NCBI GenBank assembly: GCA_020536535.1
Contig: JAHLWZ010000843.1
Coordinates: forward strand, 16,792 to 80,791
DNA length: 64,000 bases
Direction of reading: 5' to 3'
Source of the DNA: Pelomyxa schiedti
Lineage: Eukaryota > Protista > Evosea
Part shown: one piece after another, positions 11,301 to 22,784 of the stretch
Numbering within the stretch: the stretch's first letter is position 1
Layout: each line of letters opens with the position of its first letter
Notes under the pieces: generated by a model
What the model saw: the letters and a program-made list of their open reading frames with translations, nothing else
Database searches by the model: none
What the model was told of the DNA's origin: nothing
Translations under genes and position numbers: made by a program

Positions 11301-12499
11301 TCAACGTGGGTGTGTATCTGCTCACCTCATTTCAAGAAGGAATAACATTGTGAAGGAAGAAGGAGGCCTTAATTGGTTTGGTTCTGCTGAGTCATTAAAT
11401 CCTCCTTATGTACCGCAACTGGCTCCTGAGTCTTTTTGGACTGCCTCTCTTGTTTGTGCTCATGACTGTTTTTAATAATTCTAACACTACTTGAAAGGTC
11501 ACCAGATTTAAAGCGATCTCTGGGTTGACAGGAAAAGTCCTCCTCACTGGCCGCACACAAATGCACTCTGCACGACTCCTAGACCTCCTTTCACAACAAG
11601 GCCTTCAATTTGATTTGGTGATTGTGCGCGAGCTCCAACGCGCACCTGGTCACCAATCAGGCTTATCTGATTGCCTTCGCACAGTAATTGGGTCTTGGTG
11701 CATGCCCTCTCTTCGATTCAAACAGGAGGCAATTAAGCATCTGCTACAGGCCAATCCACATGTTCACACTATCGAGCTTTGGGATGATAATGAAGCACAG
11801 ATGACTGAAATAGCCAAGCACGCAACACTGTTTAGTTCACCAGGAACGACCACTTCTTCACACCTTGTGGTACCCCACAGAACGATTCTGTCCCAAACTG
11901 CGGAACGCGACCTCGTATCGCGACTAATTGCCAGTTCTCCTAACAAATTCTCGCTCCATGAAACTACCTCCTACGTTGCAGCCGTACTGAACCCAGCCAG
12001 CAAAGAGAGGTTACTTTCAGCCATAACCATTCCAGAAGGCTGGACAATTCATGCCACGCACATGACTATTCACCTCGGTCCCGTGCGAAACAAACCCTCA
12101 CGCGAATCCAAACCCAAAGCCAACCCCAAAGGTGCCAACAAAAAATCCGGCAAAACCTCAAAGGCAAACAAAAGGGGACCAGATAGCACAAATTCCGACG
12201 AAGAGGACAACAACAATTCCACTGAATCAGTGCACTACAAACTAGGAGAGCAAATGGAAATAATAGCTACTGCAGTGGGAAGAACAGCCAAGGCTCTTGC
12301 TGTCAAAGTGGAGGGAGTTCCAACAAGCAGGAGATTGTGTGACACCGGTGGGGTACCACACGTCACAATTGCAACTAACACTGCTGGAGGCAAGCCAAAG
12401 GACAGCAAGGAGATTCACGCGTGGGAACCTCTTGCCGCTCCCATAACCCTCACCGGCCTAGTCACCGCTGTGCAACAGTTAAGCCTCACAGCGACGTGA
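8391..12499 (+). CDS. Multidomain RNA repair protein: Rnl1-type RNA ligase, nucleotidyltransferase-like domain, HAD phosphatase, 2H phosphodiesterase
   Basis: Ligase: ARPFDKFLNYGE, motif I EKIDG (K at 9364), FELVSPLNRV, motif IV EGFV, motif V VKVK. GSEDSVDLDVV at 10369. HAD DFDATLF (11220), LTGR, ELWDD. 2H motifs HMT (12059) and HVT (12359). Short GT-AG introns join the ORF pieces. Confidence 0.85.
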
Positions 12500-12658
12500 C
12501 ACCGGCACCAACAAGCACAACAAAAAGAAAACCAAAACCCAAAAAAAGAAGCGACACATTTCCGTTTCCTGTCATTTTCACAAAACACACCAAAACCTCG
12601 TTATGTGTACAACGAAACTTAGTGACACAGCACAGAAAACCAACAAACAACAAAAAAA

Positions 12659-13586
12659 ATGGGAAACGGACCGTCGAAAGCAGAGCTCGAGGAGCTTCAT
12701 AGACAGTTTGGAAGTACCTTTTCATAAGCCTCTTTGAAACAACAAAATTGCCCACCTTTCATACACATAACCGAAACCGTTTGCAAGTCGATTGAGAATT
12801 AAAACGCAACAACGATGCGGCCATTGACTCGACCCATAAGTTAGCATCGAGGACCTCAAGACACACGCCAAGGCGTTCAGAGAGGTCAATGGCGCGATGA
12901 CATTGGCAGACTTTAGGAGATTCTCAATGGAGTCGTCGACGCAGCTACCACCAGGAGTCATTGAGAAGATATTTTTCGCTTTTGACAGGAACAGAGACGG
13001 GTTTGTTTCTGCCACCCCCCCCTTTTTTTTCCCCTTTTGCTCATTGGGACCAAAAGGAGAATAGATGTCAGAGAGTATTTGATGATGATATCCTTAACTA
13101 GAGGAGGAACTCTTGGTAAGTCCAAATAATTGTTATAGCACAAAGTGTAACAGTGGGGGGGAAAAAAAAATTCCAGATGAGAAACTACAGGGTAAAAAAA
13201 TGTGCTGATGATACGTTCCATTCATTGTATTTCACAGCTTCATTTGATATCTTTGATTCCAACAGAGATGGGAAACTCGAGAAGTATGAAGTCCGAAGTC
13301 TACTTGAAGCCGCCAACGTCACAGTATCCTCCGCCCCTTAATTCCTTCTCTACTTAATGAATATTAGTATGCCGGTTCTATAAGCCTTGGACTTACGCCA
13401 CAGATGGAAGCTCACGTAAATGATCTTGTTGAACAAACCTTTGAATTGTCAGATACCAATCATGTAGGTGATTCCATAATTTTTTTCAATTCCAACATGA
13501 AACAGGACGGTTTTATTGATAGGGAAGAATTTGTCCACGCCTTCAAGACACACCCCAAAGTACTTGAATTTTTCAAGCAGTTATGA
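12659..13586 (+). CDS. Neuronal calcium sensor/calcineurin B-like EF-hand protein with probable N-myristoylation
   Basis: Starts MGNGPSK (MGxxxS/K); EF loops FDRNRDG..DVREY, FDSNRDGKLEKYEV and DTNH|DGFIDREEF. Confidence 0.85.
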
Positions 13587-13679
13587 GACTCTAGCTCTCT
13601 ATACAAGTAATATAAAACACTATCCTATAAAATAGTTCTTTCCTCGAATCCCATCACTTTCTCATTCAACACCAATAAT

Positions 13680-16256
13680 CACTCAAGACTTCCATGTTCG
13701 GAGGTTGGTCGTGTCTTGTGAAATGTTCCTTAGGCTCTGTGCCACTATCGAATTTCACTTTGTGGCTCTTCTTAGAATATAATGACGATTTTAATTCATG
13801 CTAAGTTTTGGATTGTACACAATAGGGAAAGAAGCCAACCAGTCTGCCTTTGTGGGGATGTCAGCTCTTTTTTCTCTGGGCTGTGTCTGTTTGGTTTTGT
13901 CTGGGGGAGGTGGTTTGTAGGGAGGGTGTTGTTGATGGGGTTGGGGTAGCGGCTGTTGGGTTCGGCAAGGCCGGTGAGGGTGCTGCTGGGACGGTGGAGG
14001 GAGTGGCAGACGAGGGAGAGGATGTGGATGGTGTGCTTTGTTTTTGGAAGCAGCTGTCGCAAACCCGCTGCTTGAAGGTCTCCGAGGGAAGCATCAATTT
14101 GCTTTTGGAACATCCACCACATACGACTTTCCCACATAGCCTGCAGTGGTGCTGTTTTCCGCGATGTAAGGGAAAGAACATGAAGAGAATGTGGAACATG
14201 CCCTTCTATTGAGTATGCCAAAGTCAGTATCACATATCACGCAGTTACGTGTTTCCCCGTCGGGCTGATAGCGGTTTCTTCTTGTAAAAACGGAGAGGGG
14301 TTACTAACCTGCCACACAGGGGCCTCAAAAGACGACCCCTGATCGTTTGCTGGCTCCGCAATAACAGTGCCAGAACTGTCTTTTATAAATCGTTTCTTTT
14401 TAGATTTGATCTTTTCATTCTTGAGTTAATGTAAATTCTAATGATTCTGTACAAACATCTTTCACAGCGTTTTGGAGGTCCGTAACCCAGGAGTTTTTCT
14501 CTTCAGGGGTTTCTGTATAGGCAACAAATGATTTCTTTGCTGAGGCAATCTTGTGGACCATCAGCAAGGCACTGTCTGTGTGGGAGTACAGACCGAAAAA
14601 GCGTTTTGCAGTTTATCAGTATCAGCAATATCTTCGATATGCTTTACTTCCTCGAGTTGTAGAACTACTTGTCTTCCACCGTCATATATCAGAATATCAT
14701 TAAACAGGAAGAAGGTCCGTTTTTTGTCTGTTTTGCGGCACCTCTTCCATATTTGGCCTTCTCGTAAAAACACCCGATGTGGTTCCACAAGCTAGTAAAA
14801 TAAGTTTACTTTACATCACCAAAATTGTGATGACGCACATTGAACCCAGAGAGAGGAGAACTGAGTTTCTGTTGAATTTCAAGTAATTTGCGGCCATTTT
14901 CTTGTAGCCGGATAGAGTCATTGACCTGAGCTGCTACTTCTTTGAGTTTGTTAGTCGCACCCACGAGATTGCCATAGTCTGGGTGAGTTGGGGGGGTATG
15001 GGAGACAAAATCCTATGCATTTTGGTTGGAAAGCGTTCCAAATTAAGAAGGGAAGATAAACCAGACACCTCAAGTAGAAGTTTATATCTGGGCAGTCGTT
15101 GTACTGGCAAAATCAAAAAAGAGGGTAAATTAAGGCCTTTGCATTTCGGTTCAGTGAGCTTATCCTTACAAAATGAGTTTTTTTGGGGGAAACTCGGTTG
15201 CTGGTACTTGGAGAAATTTGGTAAAAAAGACATTTTTCTCTAAATCGTCCAGAGTGGAAAAGCAGTTATTGTAATTGCATGCATAAGTACTGTATAACTT
15301 CAGGAAGGGAATCTGACAAAGAAAGTAAACACTAATTAGATGAGTGTTAGGAAATACAAATTCAAGGAATTTGTCCCCAATTAAAGTTGTGGGTGTCCAT
15401 TCGTCCATCCTTTCCTCCAACCCAGCCAATAACAAGCAATTTAACTTACAAATAAAAGTTAGAAAATAAGTACAACTCTGAAGCAAGTCACCTGCCAAAT
15501 TTCTTGTATATTAGAGAATAAGGCATAAAGTTTGTCTGGAGGTATCTGATCAGATTTCATCAGTGGCTTGAGAAACACCTTCTCAACTATTAGCAGATAA
15601 GTTGGCACATATTAAAATGCAAACCTCTACGCAAACGTGTATCTGCTCAACATATGTCCTCTCAGTGGTAAGTATTTCTTTTGCAATGTGGTTTCGCTTG
15701 TCGTCCGGGGTGCTGTTTTTGTTAGTCACTGCTGCAGAAACCGGTTTTAGCTCTTCGTGGATCGGGTGTTGGGGCTTAAACAGCATTGTATTCCGGCTAT
15801 ACATGCTATTGCGTGGAAGTGATGTTGTCCCAAGAACAGACTTTCTGACCTGAAATAAAATGAACAAGTGGAGATTGTGGGCGATTGGCGTACGTCGGCC
15901 CCACTGTTCGCAGAGTTTGCGCTGGTGCCATTGGCCGTTTGCCCACCGTTACTTCCGGGGGTTGTTCCGGAAGCGTATAGCCCCTGATGGGGCAGTGAGG
16001 TTGCCTTTGGCAAAAACCCTGATGTGTTTGGTAGAGGTACAACAGGACCAGTAACGGCCGATTTGCTGCGTGTCAGCTTAGCACTAGCAGATGTATTGGT
16101 GTTGGCGTTTGTGTTTGTGTTAGCGCCGTTTGCTGTGGTTGAAGACTGGGAGAGATTCGAAGAAGTGCTCGTAGCGGCACCACTAGCCGGCACACTGGCA
16201 CGTTGCACAGATCCCGAAGCACCAAGAGACGATGACGACGACGTTTTGTGCAGCAT
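13680..16256 (-). CDS. FGD-like RhoGEF (DH-PH-FYVE); 3' end approximate
   Basis: DH: KRNHIAKEILTTERTYV, PFLKLYSTY, LILPVQRLPRYKLLL; PH: FLREGQIWKRCRK..FFLFNDILIY; FYVE: HHCRLCGKVVCGGCS..RVCDSC. Confidence 0.9.
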
Positions 16257-16410
16257 GCTGCACCCAACACCACTCGGTTTGTTTTATTAATGTTTATGGG
16301 CAGTGAGATCTCTTTCCCTTCTTTCAGGACAATCATGCCACACAAAAACCCAGTTTCACGAAACTCTGAAAGTAAACGATTTTTTTGGCAGGTGTTGCCT
16401 GCCAGTTGAG

Positions 16411-17617
16411 ATGGCAACATGCAATGCCCCGGTTATTACAGTTCATGATTATAAGTTGGTGGATGGAGATCCCTTGTCGGGTCCCGGGGTGGTTCCGTTT
16501 CAGGTCTGTCGCGTTCTCTTTGCTTTTTGATTGGGGGCGTTGGCGTCGCTGGGAGGAGGAGATCTCGGCACCACATTGACTCTCTTTTGCAATTGATTGG
16601 GTACAGCTGCTTTCGGACCTGCACCAGGAACTCGCTTGTCAAGACCAGTTTACGTGGGAAGTAAATGCCCCATACCTGGTTTTGTGTGGCGACACAGCTA
16701 ATGGTACTACATCTGCTTTTGGTGATTTCCTGCGGAAACAATCTCCTCGGTATCGAGGGATTTTTGTGGTTCCTGGGAATGTATGTCACCCATTGCTATT
16801 TAAAAAGAGAAAACCTCCTTTACAGCACGAATTCTACAAAAATGAATACCATGGAACACGACAAGCAATGCAAGCTCTCGAAGCAATCCCCAATGTACAT
16901 GTTCTCGACAGGAAGACATGCGTTGTAGAGGGAATAAAGTTGATTGGTGCCACTCTGTGGTCACAGACCGCTTCATCACAGCTCAACGACTTCACACTCA
17001 TCAAAATTGCAGAGCCTGATGGGTATGCTGCTTTTTCTTACTGCTTTGCCTCCTCACTTTTTTTTTCTTTTTCCGACACAGGTCTACAAGGAAGCTAACT
17101 CCAAAAGATACCACGGCCTTTTTCCAACAAGAACTGGAATTTATAAAATCAGAAGTTGCAAGTGCTAAGGCCGCAGGTCAGCGTGTTTTAGTACTTACTC
17201 ATCATTGTCCGTTGCGGAATGAACCCGGTTTTTCCACTGACTTGAGTTCATTTATTAAGAGCAACAAGCACATTTGTGTGTGGATGTATGGTCATACTCA
17301 CTATTCCATAAGAACGAGGTTTTTCCTGCTTTATGAATAACATCTCACTCAGCCCCAGATGTGGATCAACCCTCGTTATCAGCAATCAACTGGGGTATGC
17401 ATATCAAATGGGGGAAGTAGACAATAACTTCCATCCCGAATGTGTTGTGGCTATCAAGGCACCAACTGGTGACAGCAACGTCTGGGCAGGCAATTCCATC
17501 AAGCGAGCCAAACACCTTGAAGAGCTTGCAATGGAGGCCAAAATGGCCGCAACCCCAACAACTGCAGCACCTCCTCCACCCCCACCACCAAAAAAGCCCA
17601 TGAAGAAATCTTCATGA
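16411..17617 (+). CDS. Calcineurin-like metallophosphoesterase
   Basis: Motifs LSDLHQE, LCGD, VPGN|HEFY, IGATLWS, VLTHH, WMYGHTH, SNQLGY in spliced order. Confidence 0.85.
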
Positions 17618-17967
17618 AGAGAACAATTCACTCAATAGCAAATCACTTAGGTGTTAAGAATGTGAAGGAAAAGGTGAGAAATGTGCCGGACTGGACTGGG
17701 GTACCATTTCCCATCCCACAATTTAGTTCCACCGAAGAAAGAAACCTTTTTTATCGGGGATGATGAGAAAATGAATCTGGGGGTGGGTGAGAGGAGATTG
17801 GGCTGATGCACGATCGTGTTGGTTGCGGATATCCCCTGGCTCGTGTTGTGCATTTCCCCATTGCCCTCACTCAAACCCAAAAAAATGAATACTTAATTAA
17901 ATAATTTTTTTTATGTATTCCCGTTTGGACTTGTTGGGAGTTCTGGCATACAACTTTTAAAGATAAC

Positions 17968-19170
17968 TTAGAGGAATGCAAGTGTGGTTGAACTGTGGGG
18001 ATAGCACCGAGTACGGAAACGGCACAGAGTCAATCCAGTCTGTGAATCAATCACAGCCCTGCATATGGTTGATGCGCCTGTTGAGGTTTCTTTTCCCGCA
18101 ATGAGGCCGCGGTCCATGAGGGGCTGGTATTCATCATTTGGAAAAATGATAGAAGTGCAGGGTTGGCAGGTGAACACATTGTATGTGGCTTTCCCAGCCC
18201 TCACCAGCTCGTTGCCGGCCTTGCTGAAGCCCAGCCACCCAGTAGACAGCTTTGTCCTCTCACCTGTTGTGAGGTTTGAAACAAAGGCACCACAGGCACC
18301 ATCATTCTCCACAGCAAAGGAGTGACCACTGGCATCATCAACGAAGAGGCAGGGGGGGGTGACATAGCACGACTCCCGTGTGGTCAGCTCCCTTCCCTCC
18401 TTCACAACAACCAGGGACCCTGATGAAAAGCTCCTTTCCAGGTCCACAGTCATCACATTCCTCACGTGATCATATAGGCTCCTCATAAACTTGGCCAGAA
18501 CTGAAGCCTCGTCACCGAACCCAATCAGGCCAGGCACAGTGTGTGAGAACACAACGTCAACATTCCAAGAATCCGGGATTTCAAGCGACACCCACAATGA
18601 CTCAGGGGAGGGAATCGCTCTGTGGATGAATAGATTGCCTTTTGTGAAGCCCAGAGCCCACTTGTGGTTCCCCCAGAACCTGGAGATCTGCAACTCGGGA
18701 GTCCGGATGGTCCATACCCTGTTGTGACCAGGGCTCTTGGACCAGTCAATGATCTGGCTGGAGAACTGGCTGGAGACGGTCCCCTGCTTTCTGTAACACC
18801 TTGCCAGGAGCCTGTCACACCCCAGCCAGCACGAAAAGGTGTGGTCGTGGGTCCATTCGTCGGTCTCCTCGGCGCTGATGACGCCAAGCGTGGCGCCGAT
18901 CGACGCGACGATGTTCCGGCACGACTCGTTCACGCTCTTGACAATGAAGCGCCGCGCGGGAGTGAGCACCCAACGCTCGCCGATGAGCCTCACGACGTCG
19001 TTTGTGACGCGAGGTGGCCCCACAAACGACCGATTCCGGATTGTGGGCGGTGGGCACAACGCAAAGCACATCGCAACGGCTTGGTCTCGTGCGTCGATCG
19101 CAACTTCAACAGTGCACGGGTGCATATTGGGAAAAAATTTTGGAGTCTCCAACTGGTTTTCAAAGACCAA
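17968..19170 (-). CDS. Intronless hypothetical protein (about 385-400 aa)
   Basis: Uninterrupted 1.2-kb ORF, GC-rich 5' part, no recognised domain; probable ATG at 19125 (MHPCTVE). Confidence 0.7.
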   Translation of the reverse strand: MVFENQLETPKFFPNMHPCTVEVAIDARDQAVAMCFALCPPPTIRNRSFVGPPRVTNDVVRLIGERWVLTPARRFIVKSVNESCRNIVASIGATLGVISAEETDEWTHDHTFSCWLGCDRLLARCYRKQGTVSSQFSSQIIDWSKSPGHNRVWTIRTPELQISRFWGNHKWALGFTKGNLFIHRAIPSPESLWVSLEIPDSWNVDVVFSHTVPGLIGFGDEASVLAKFMRSLYDHVRNVMTVDLERSFSSGSLVVVKEGRELTTRESCYVTPPCLFVDDASGHSFAVENDGACGAFVSNLTTGERTKLSTGWLGFSKAGNELVRAGKATYNVFTCQPCTSIIFPNDEYQPLMDRGLIAGKETSTGASTICRAVIDSQTGLTLCRFRTRCYPHSSTTLAFL

Positions 19171-19285
19171 GTTGGGATAAGAACGGTGTTACTCCACGTT
19201 CGTTTGGGGGTGAAAAGTGTAGGGATGGAAGAGAATACCGAGGAACAAAAACATTCTTTTGTGTTTTTGGGACAATTGGCCCATA

Positions 19286-21781
19286 CTATGATCGTGGCTT
19301 TTTTGCGGTTGTGGGGCTGTTTGGGGGTGAGTTTGGTAGTGACGAGGACGAGGAAGGAGAAGGGGATGGCGACTGGTGGTGCCTTCGTTTGCTTCCTTTG
19401 TGGCTGTGCCTATGGCTGTGACTGTGGCCGTGTTTGTGGTGGTGTTTGTGGTGCCTCCGGTGTGCCCCATTGTCACTGCTGTCACCAGCACCCGGACCAG
19501 CCGCAGCGTCAGCGGTAGCGGTAGCAGTAGCACCACCACGTGTGTGCCTGTCTCTATCGGAATCGGAAGCGGAGGAAGAATTGTGCCCTTTGTCTCTGCT
19601 GGATTCCCTTTCCTTCCGGTGCCGGCTTTTGTGATGTGAACTCTCTTGTTCCAGTAAGGAACGGAGTTTATCGGCAGCTGCATTTGGTGGGGTTTCGTGG
19701 ATGGGGGATCTATTAATTGAATCGACCTGGAGGAAAATGCAATGTGAGTAGGAAACCAGTTGAGGAAGAACCTACTTGTTTCCTGACACCCAAAAGATAT
19801 GTCGCGGCGCGAGGGTGGTTTGGGTTAATCCTTAGTGCAGCTTGAAATTTTGGGATGGCTTGTTCAAGTTGATTCAGTTTGACATGCCTATCCAAGAGTG
19901 AACAAATCTTTGGAGTTGAACGTGAACTTACGCACAACCCCAGGCAACATGGGCATCGGCATAATTTGGTACCACTTCAAGTACTTGTTTATACAGTGAA
20001 ATTGCTTTAGCAGGATCTCCAGGTGTTTTATTGGCTATTTCCAATCCTCGTTCAACACTGGGTAGATATACAACCATGTTTTGGATTTGTAGACAGAGAT
20101 TTGAATTGTATGAGCCCAGGGAATTGAAAGATGAAAAAGGTCCTCCAGCAATGACAGAACACAATAAGGCATCCCCTCCTTCACGGAAAGGAGGGGGAAG
20201 AAGGAGTATATCGAAGAAACAGAGAAGAGGCAGATGGACCACCAAGGTGGGTTTTATGGCATATATTTATAGGTTTTAAAAGCGCAAGGAAACGTATGCA
20301 ATTTGGATTGTGGAAGATTATCTAGAGTACATAAGTAATGGACATAAACTTCTTTTATAAAAAGTCTTGGCATACATGCAGTTGGTTAAGTAGCAACAGT
20401 AATCAATGAAGGCACGTAAAAAGTTAACAGGGGAGGGTGCAGGAAAAATGTGAAACAAAGAAAATATATAAATATATGCGTGTGTTTGAAAAGAGAGTGA
20501 GAAGAAAGCGGGGACGTGCGTTTCTTTTGCCCATTGATTGTTTTGTTGGTCTCTTATCAAGGTGTACATGTACTTCTTTGGTACCCTTCCAAATGATTGA
20601 GCGAAAATATTAAAAATTGAATGTTCTTACGGCACTTTAGGCAGCATTGAACCTGCTTCATCCAATGCGTAGGCTACATAATGATGAATAAGTGGAAAGA
20701 ATAAAAATAATGTAAACCTTCTGTGAGTAGTTCAAGTGCGTGAGGGTTATGGAACAGTTGATTAGAGTTCAACAAATCACAAAAAGTTGCTGAAGAAGCC
20801 TCAAAAAGGCTTTAGAAGATCACAATTACCCAGAAAAATACCTTGGCCCACATGGATTGCACAGAGAAGACATTGCTATTTCGGAGACTCAGGTTCACTC
20901 GCTCAGATTCAACATCGACACTTACAACAGCAGCTTGGAGTGTTTAGAACAAAACAGAAAGGGGACATAATACCTAAAATAGAGTCCCCTTCCCGGAAGT
21001 CGTCAATTGATATTGGAGTTGATTCTAGTTTCGATTTCCTATCATCGGGGCTGTCATCTAAGATATGGCACATGCCCTATGACATACTTAAATAAACATG
21101 GAGTGTGAGGAAAAGTGAAAGATACTTTGACACCCAAGTCACAAAGAAGTGGGAGAGCCCGAGCAGACACCCTCAATTCTGCCGAAATGGACACTACTGC
21201 GTGTCGCAATCTGACAAGAAGACCGTAGGCTCTCTTGGATTCCACGACAGCTTCCACAACACACTCCCCTACGACTTGCTTCAATTCCTTTTTGTTGGTT
21301 TGTGGTTTGGAAAAAAACAGAGTAGGAATAGAAGGAAAAACCGTGAATGCCAAGTTTCTCCAGTACACTTCGTCATGCTGCCTGGTCACTGGAGTGCTAA
21401 TAGCACGTACCTGAGGTCCTGCAAACGAGCACAAAGATGGCATAGTAACGAAGCCACACGCCTCGCTATCGCCTGGTAAAATGAATAAAACAAATAGAGG
21501 AAAGGCAGTCAGCGTTAAGTAAAGCGTGTTTGATTTGGAAAAAAACCAACCAAGTGCACGCGAAATAGTGTCCTTCTCGATAGATGCTTTGACGGTCTCT
21601 TGCACGTGCTGACCAACGATATCATGCGAAACGAGAGCGAGTAGCCGTTCTTTCAACGCTGCACCGCAATCACCGTAACACGGAAACCTTACGCGGAGTG
21701 TTGATAGCGGCGCCAAAGATGGACACAAACATACCTTAAAGAACAATCGGGGTCCGATGGTGACACGGTAGATCCCGACAT
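19286..21781 (-). CDS. TTC14-like protein (S1/OB fold, TPRs, His/Arg/Ser-rich tail)
   Basis: S1-like VVEAVVESKRAYGLLVRL; TPR AISLYKQVLEVVPNYADAHVAWGCA..AIPKFQAALRINPNHPRAATYL; tail HRRHHKHHHKHGHSHSHRH. Confidence 0.7.
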
Positions 21782-22784
21782 GGTACCACAGGACAAGCTC
21801 TGAAATGACTTCGAATTTCTCTGTTTTCTTCCCAGAACACAAAGATGATGATAATCAACTCATCTCAGCCGAGGACAAAAAGGGCGATTGGCACAACACC
21901 TCATAAAAATGAGACGGACGAGATAAGATGGGAACCCCGGCCCATCTGTCAAAAAGAAATTACGACCGTAATGAGATCGTAACCATTAATACAAAAAACC
22001 CTGTAAAGTAATAATGGCATCGACAACAGCCGTCACTGCGAGCAACGAAAGAAATCCCGATTTCAACGATCGTCCCGACTTCGTTGCAATGGTCATTCAT
22101 CGAGGCAACCATAAGCGCGAAGTACTGACCAAGCTGCCAGTCGAGATCCAACAAAGAGTGTAAGTGTCTTCCAAATCAACGACTAATCTTTCTTGTTCCG
22201 CGTAGTTTGCTTACAATTAATTAACCATGCGTGATCGCGCTAACAAACCACGACAGTGCGCGCGCGAGTATGCAATCACACAGGTATACGTATATAAAGT
22301 TCGGTTCTCTGGAAGACTTGTACTATTGCCTGGGCTGTTTTGGCGAAAAGGCAATGATACCTACGTCTGTGCCCGGCTTCTGGGGGAAATTTGAGTCCCC
22401 CTTTGGACTCTACGCACCCCCTATCGCCTCCCCGCAAGGCCACATTGCCCCTCCATCGTCGCCGGCCGTGGCGCACCCGCCCTGTCAACAGCAGGCAGTG
22501 ACTTTCAAACACGAGCCAATTGATCACTAATTCACTTACCCAAACAGCCACTATCGCCTCACCACTCCAACGAAATGTGGCCAGTGGATAAGAACTATCT
22601 TTAATAACATTGGCCCCAAATTGGCACAAAGCTTCAGCTCCAACTTTTCCTATCTCCTGTAACGACCAACCACTTGTAATCTGTTTTGTTCTGGTGTATC
22701 AGATTGCTGAGCAAAAATGTACATAGGGATTCTTCCCACTCTTTTTCACATACAAACAATTTGTCATGGCACTCAACAGTGCGT

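Noticed and set aside
21960-22760. Small gene between TTC14-like and HEATR6-like genes
   Set aside because: Short ORFs on both strands with no motif or clear exon chain; cannot support a call, though a small gene is possible
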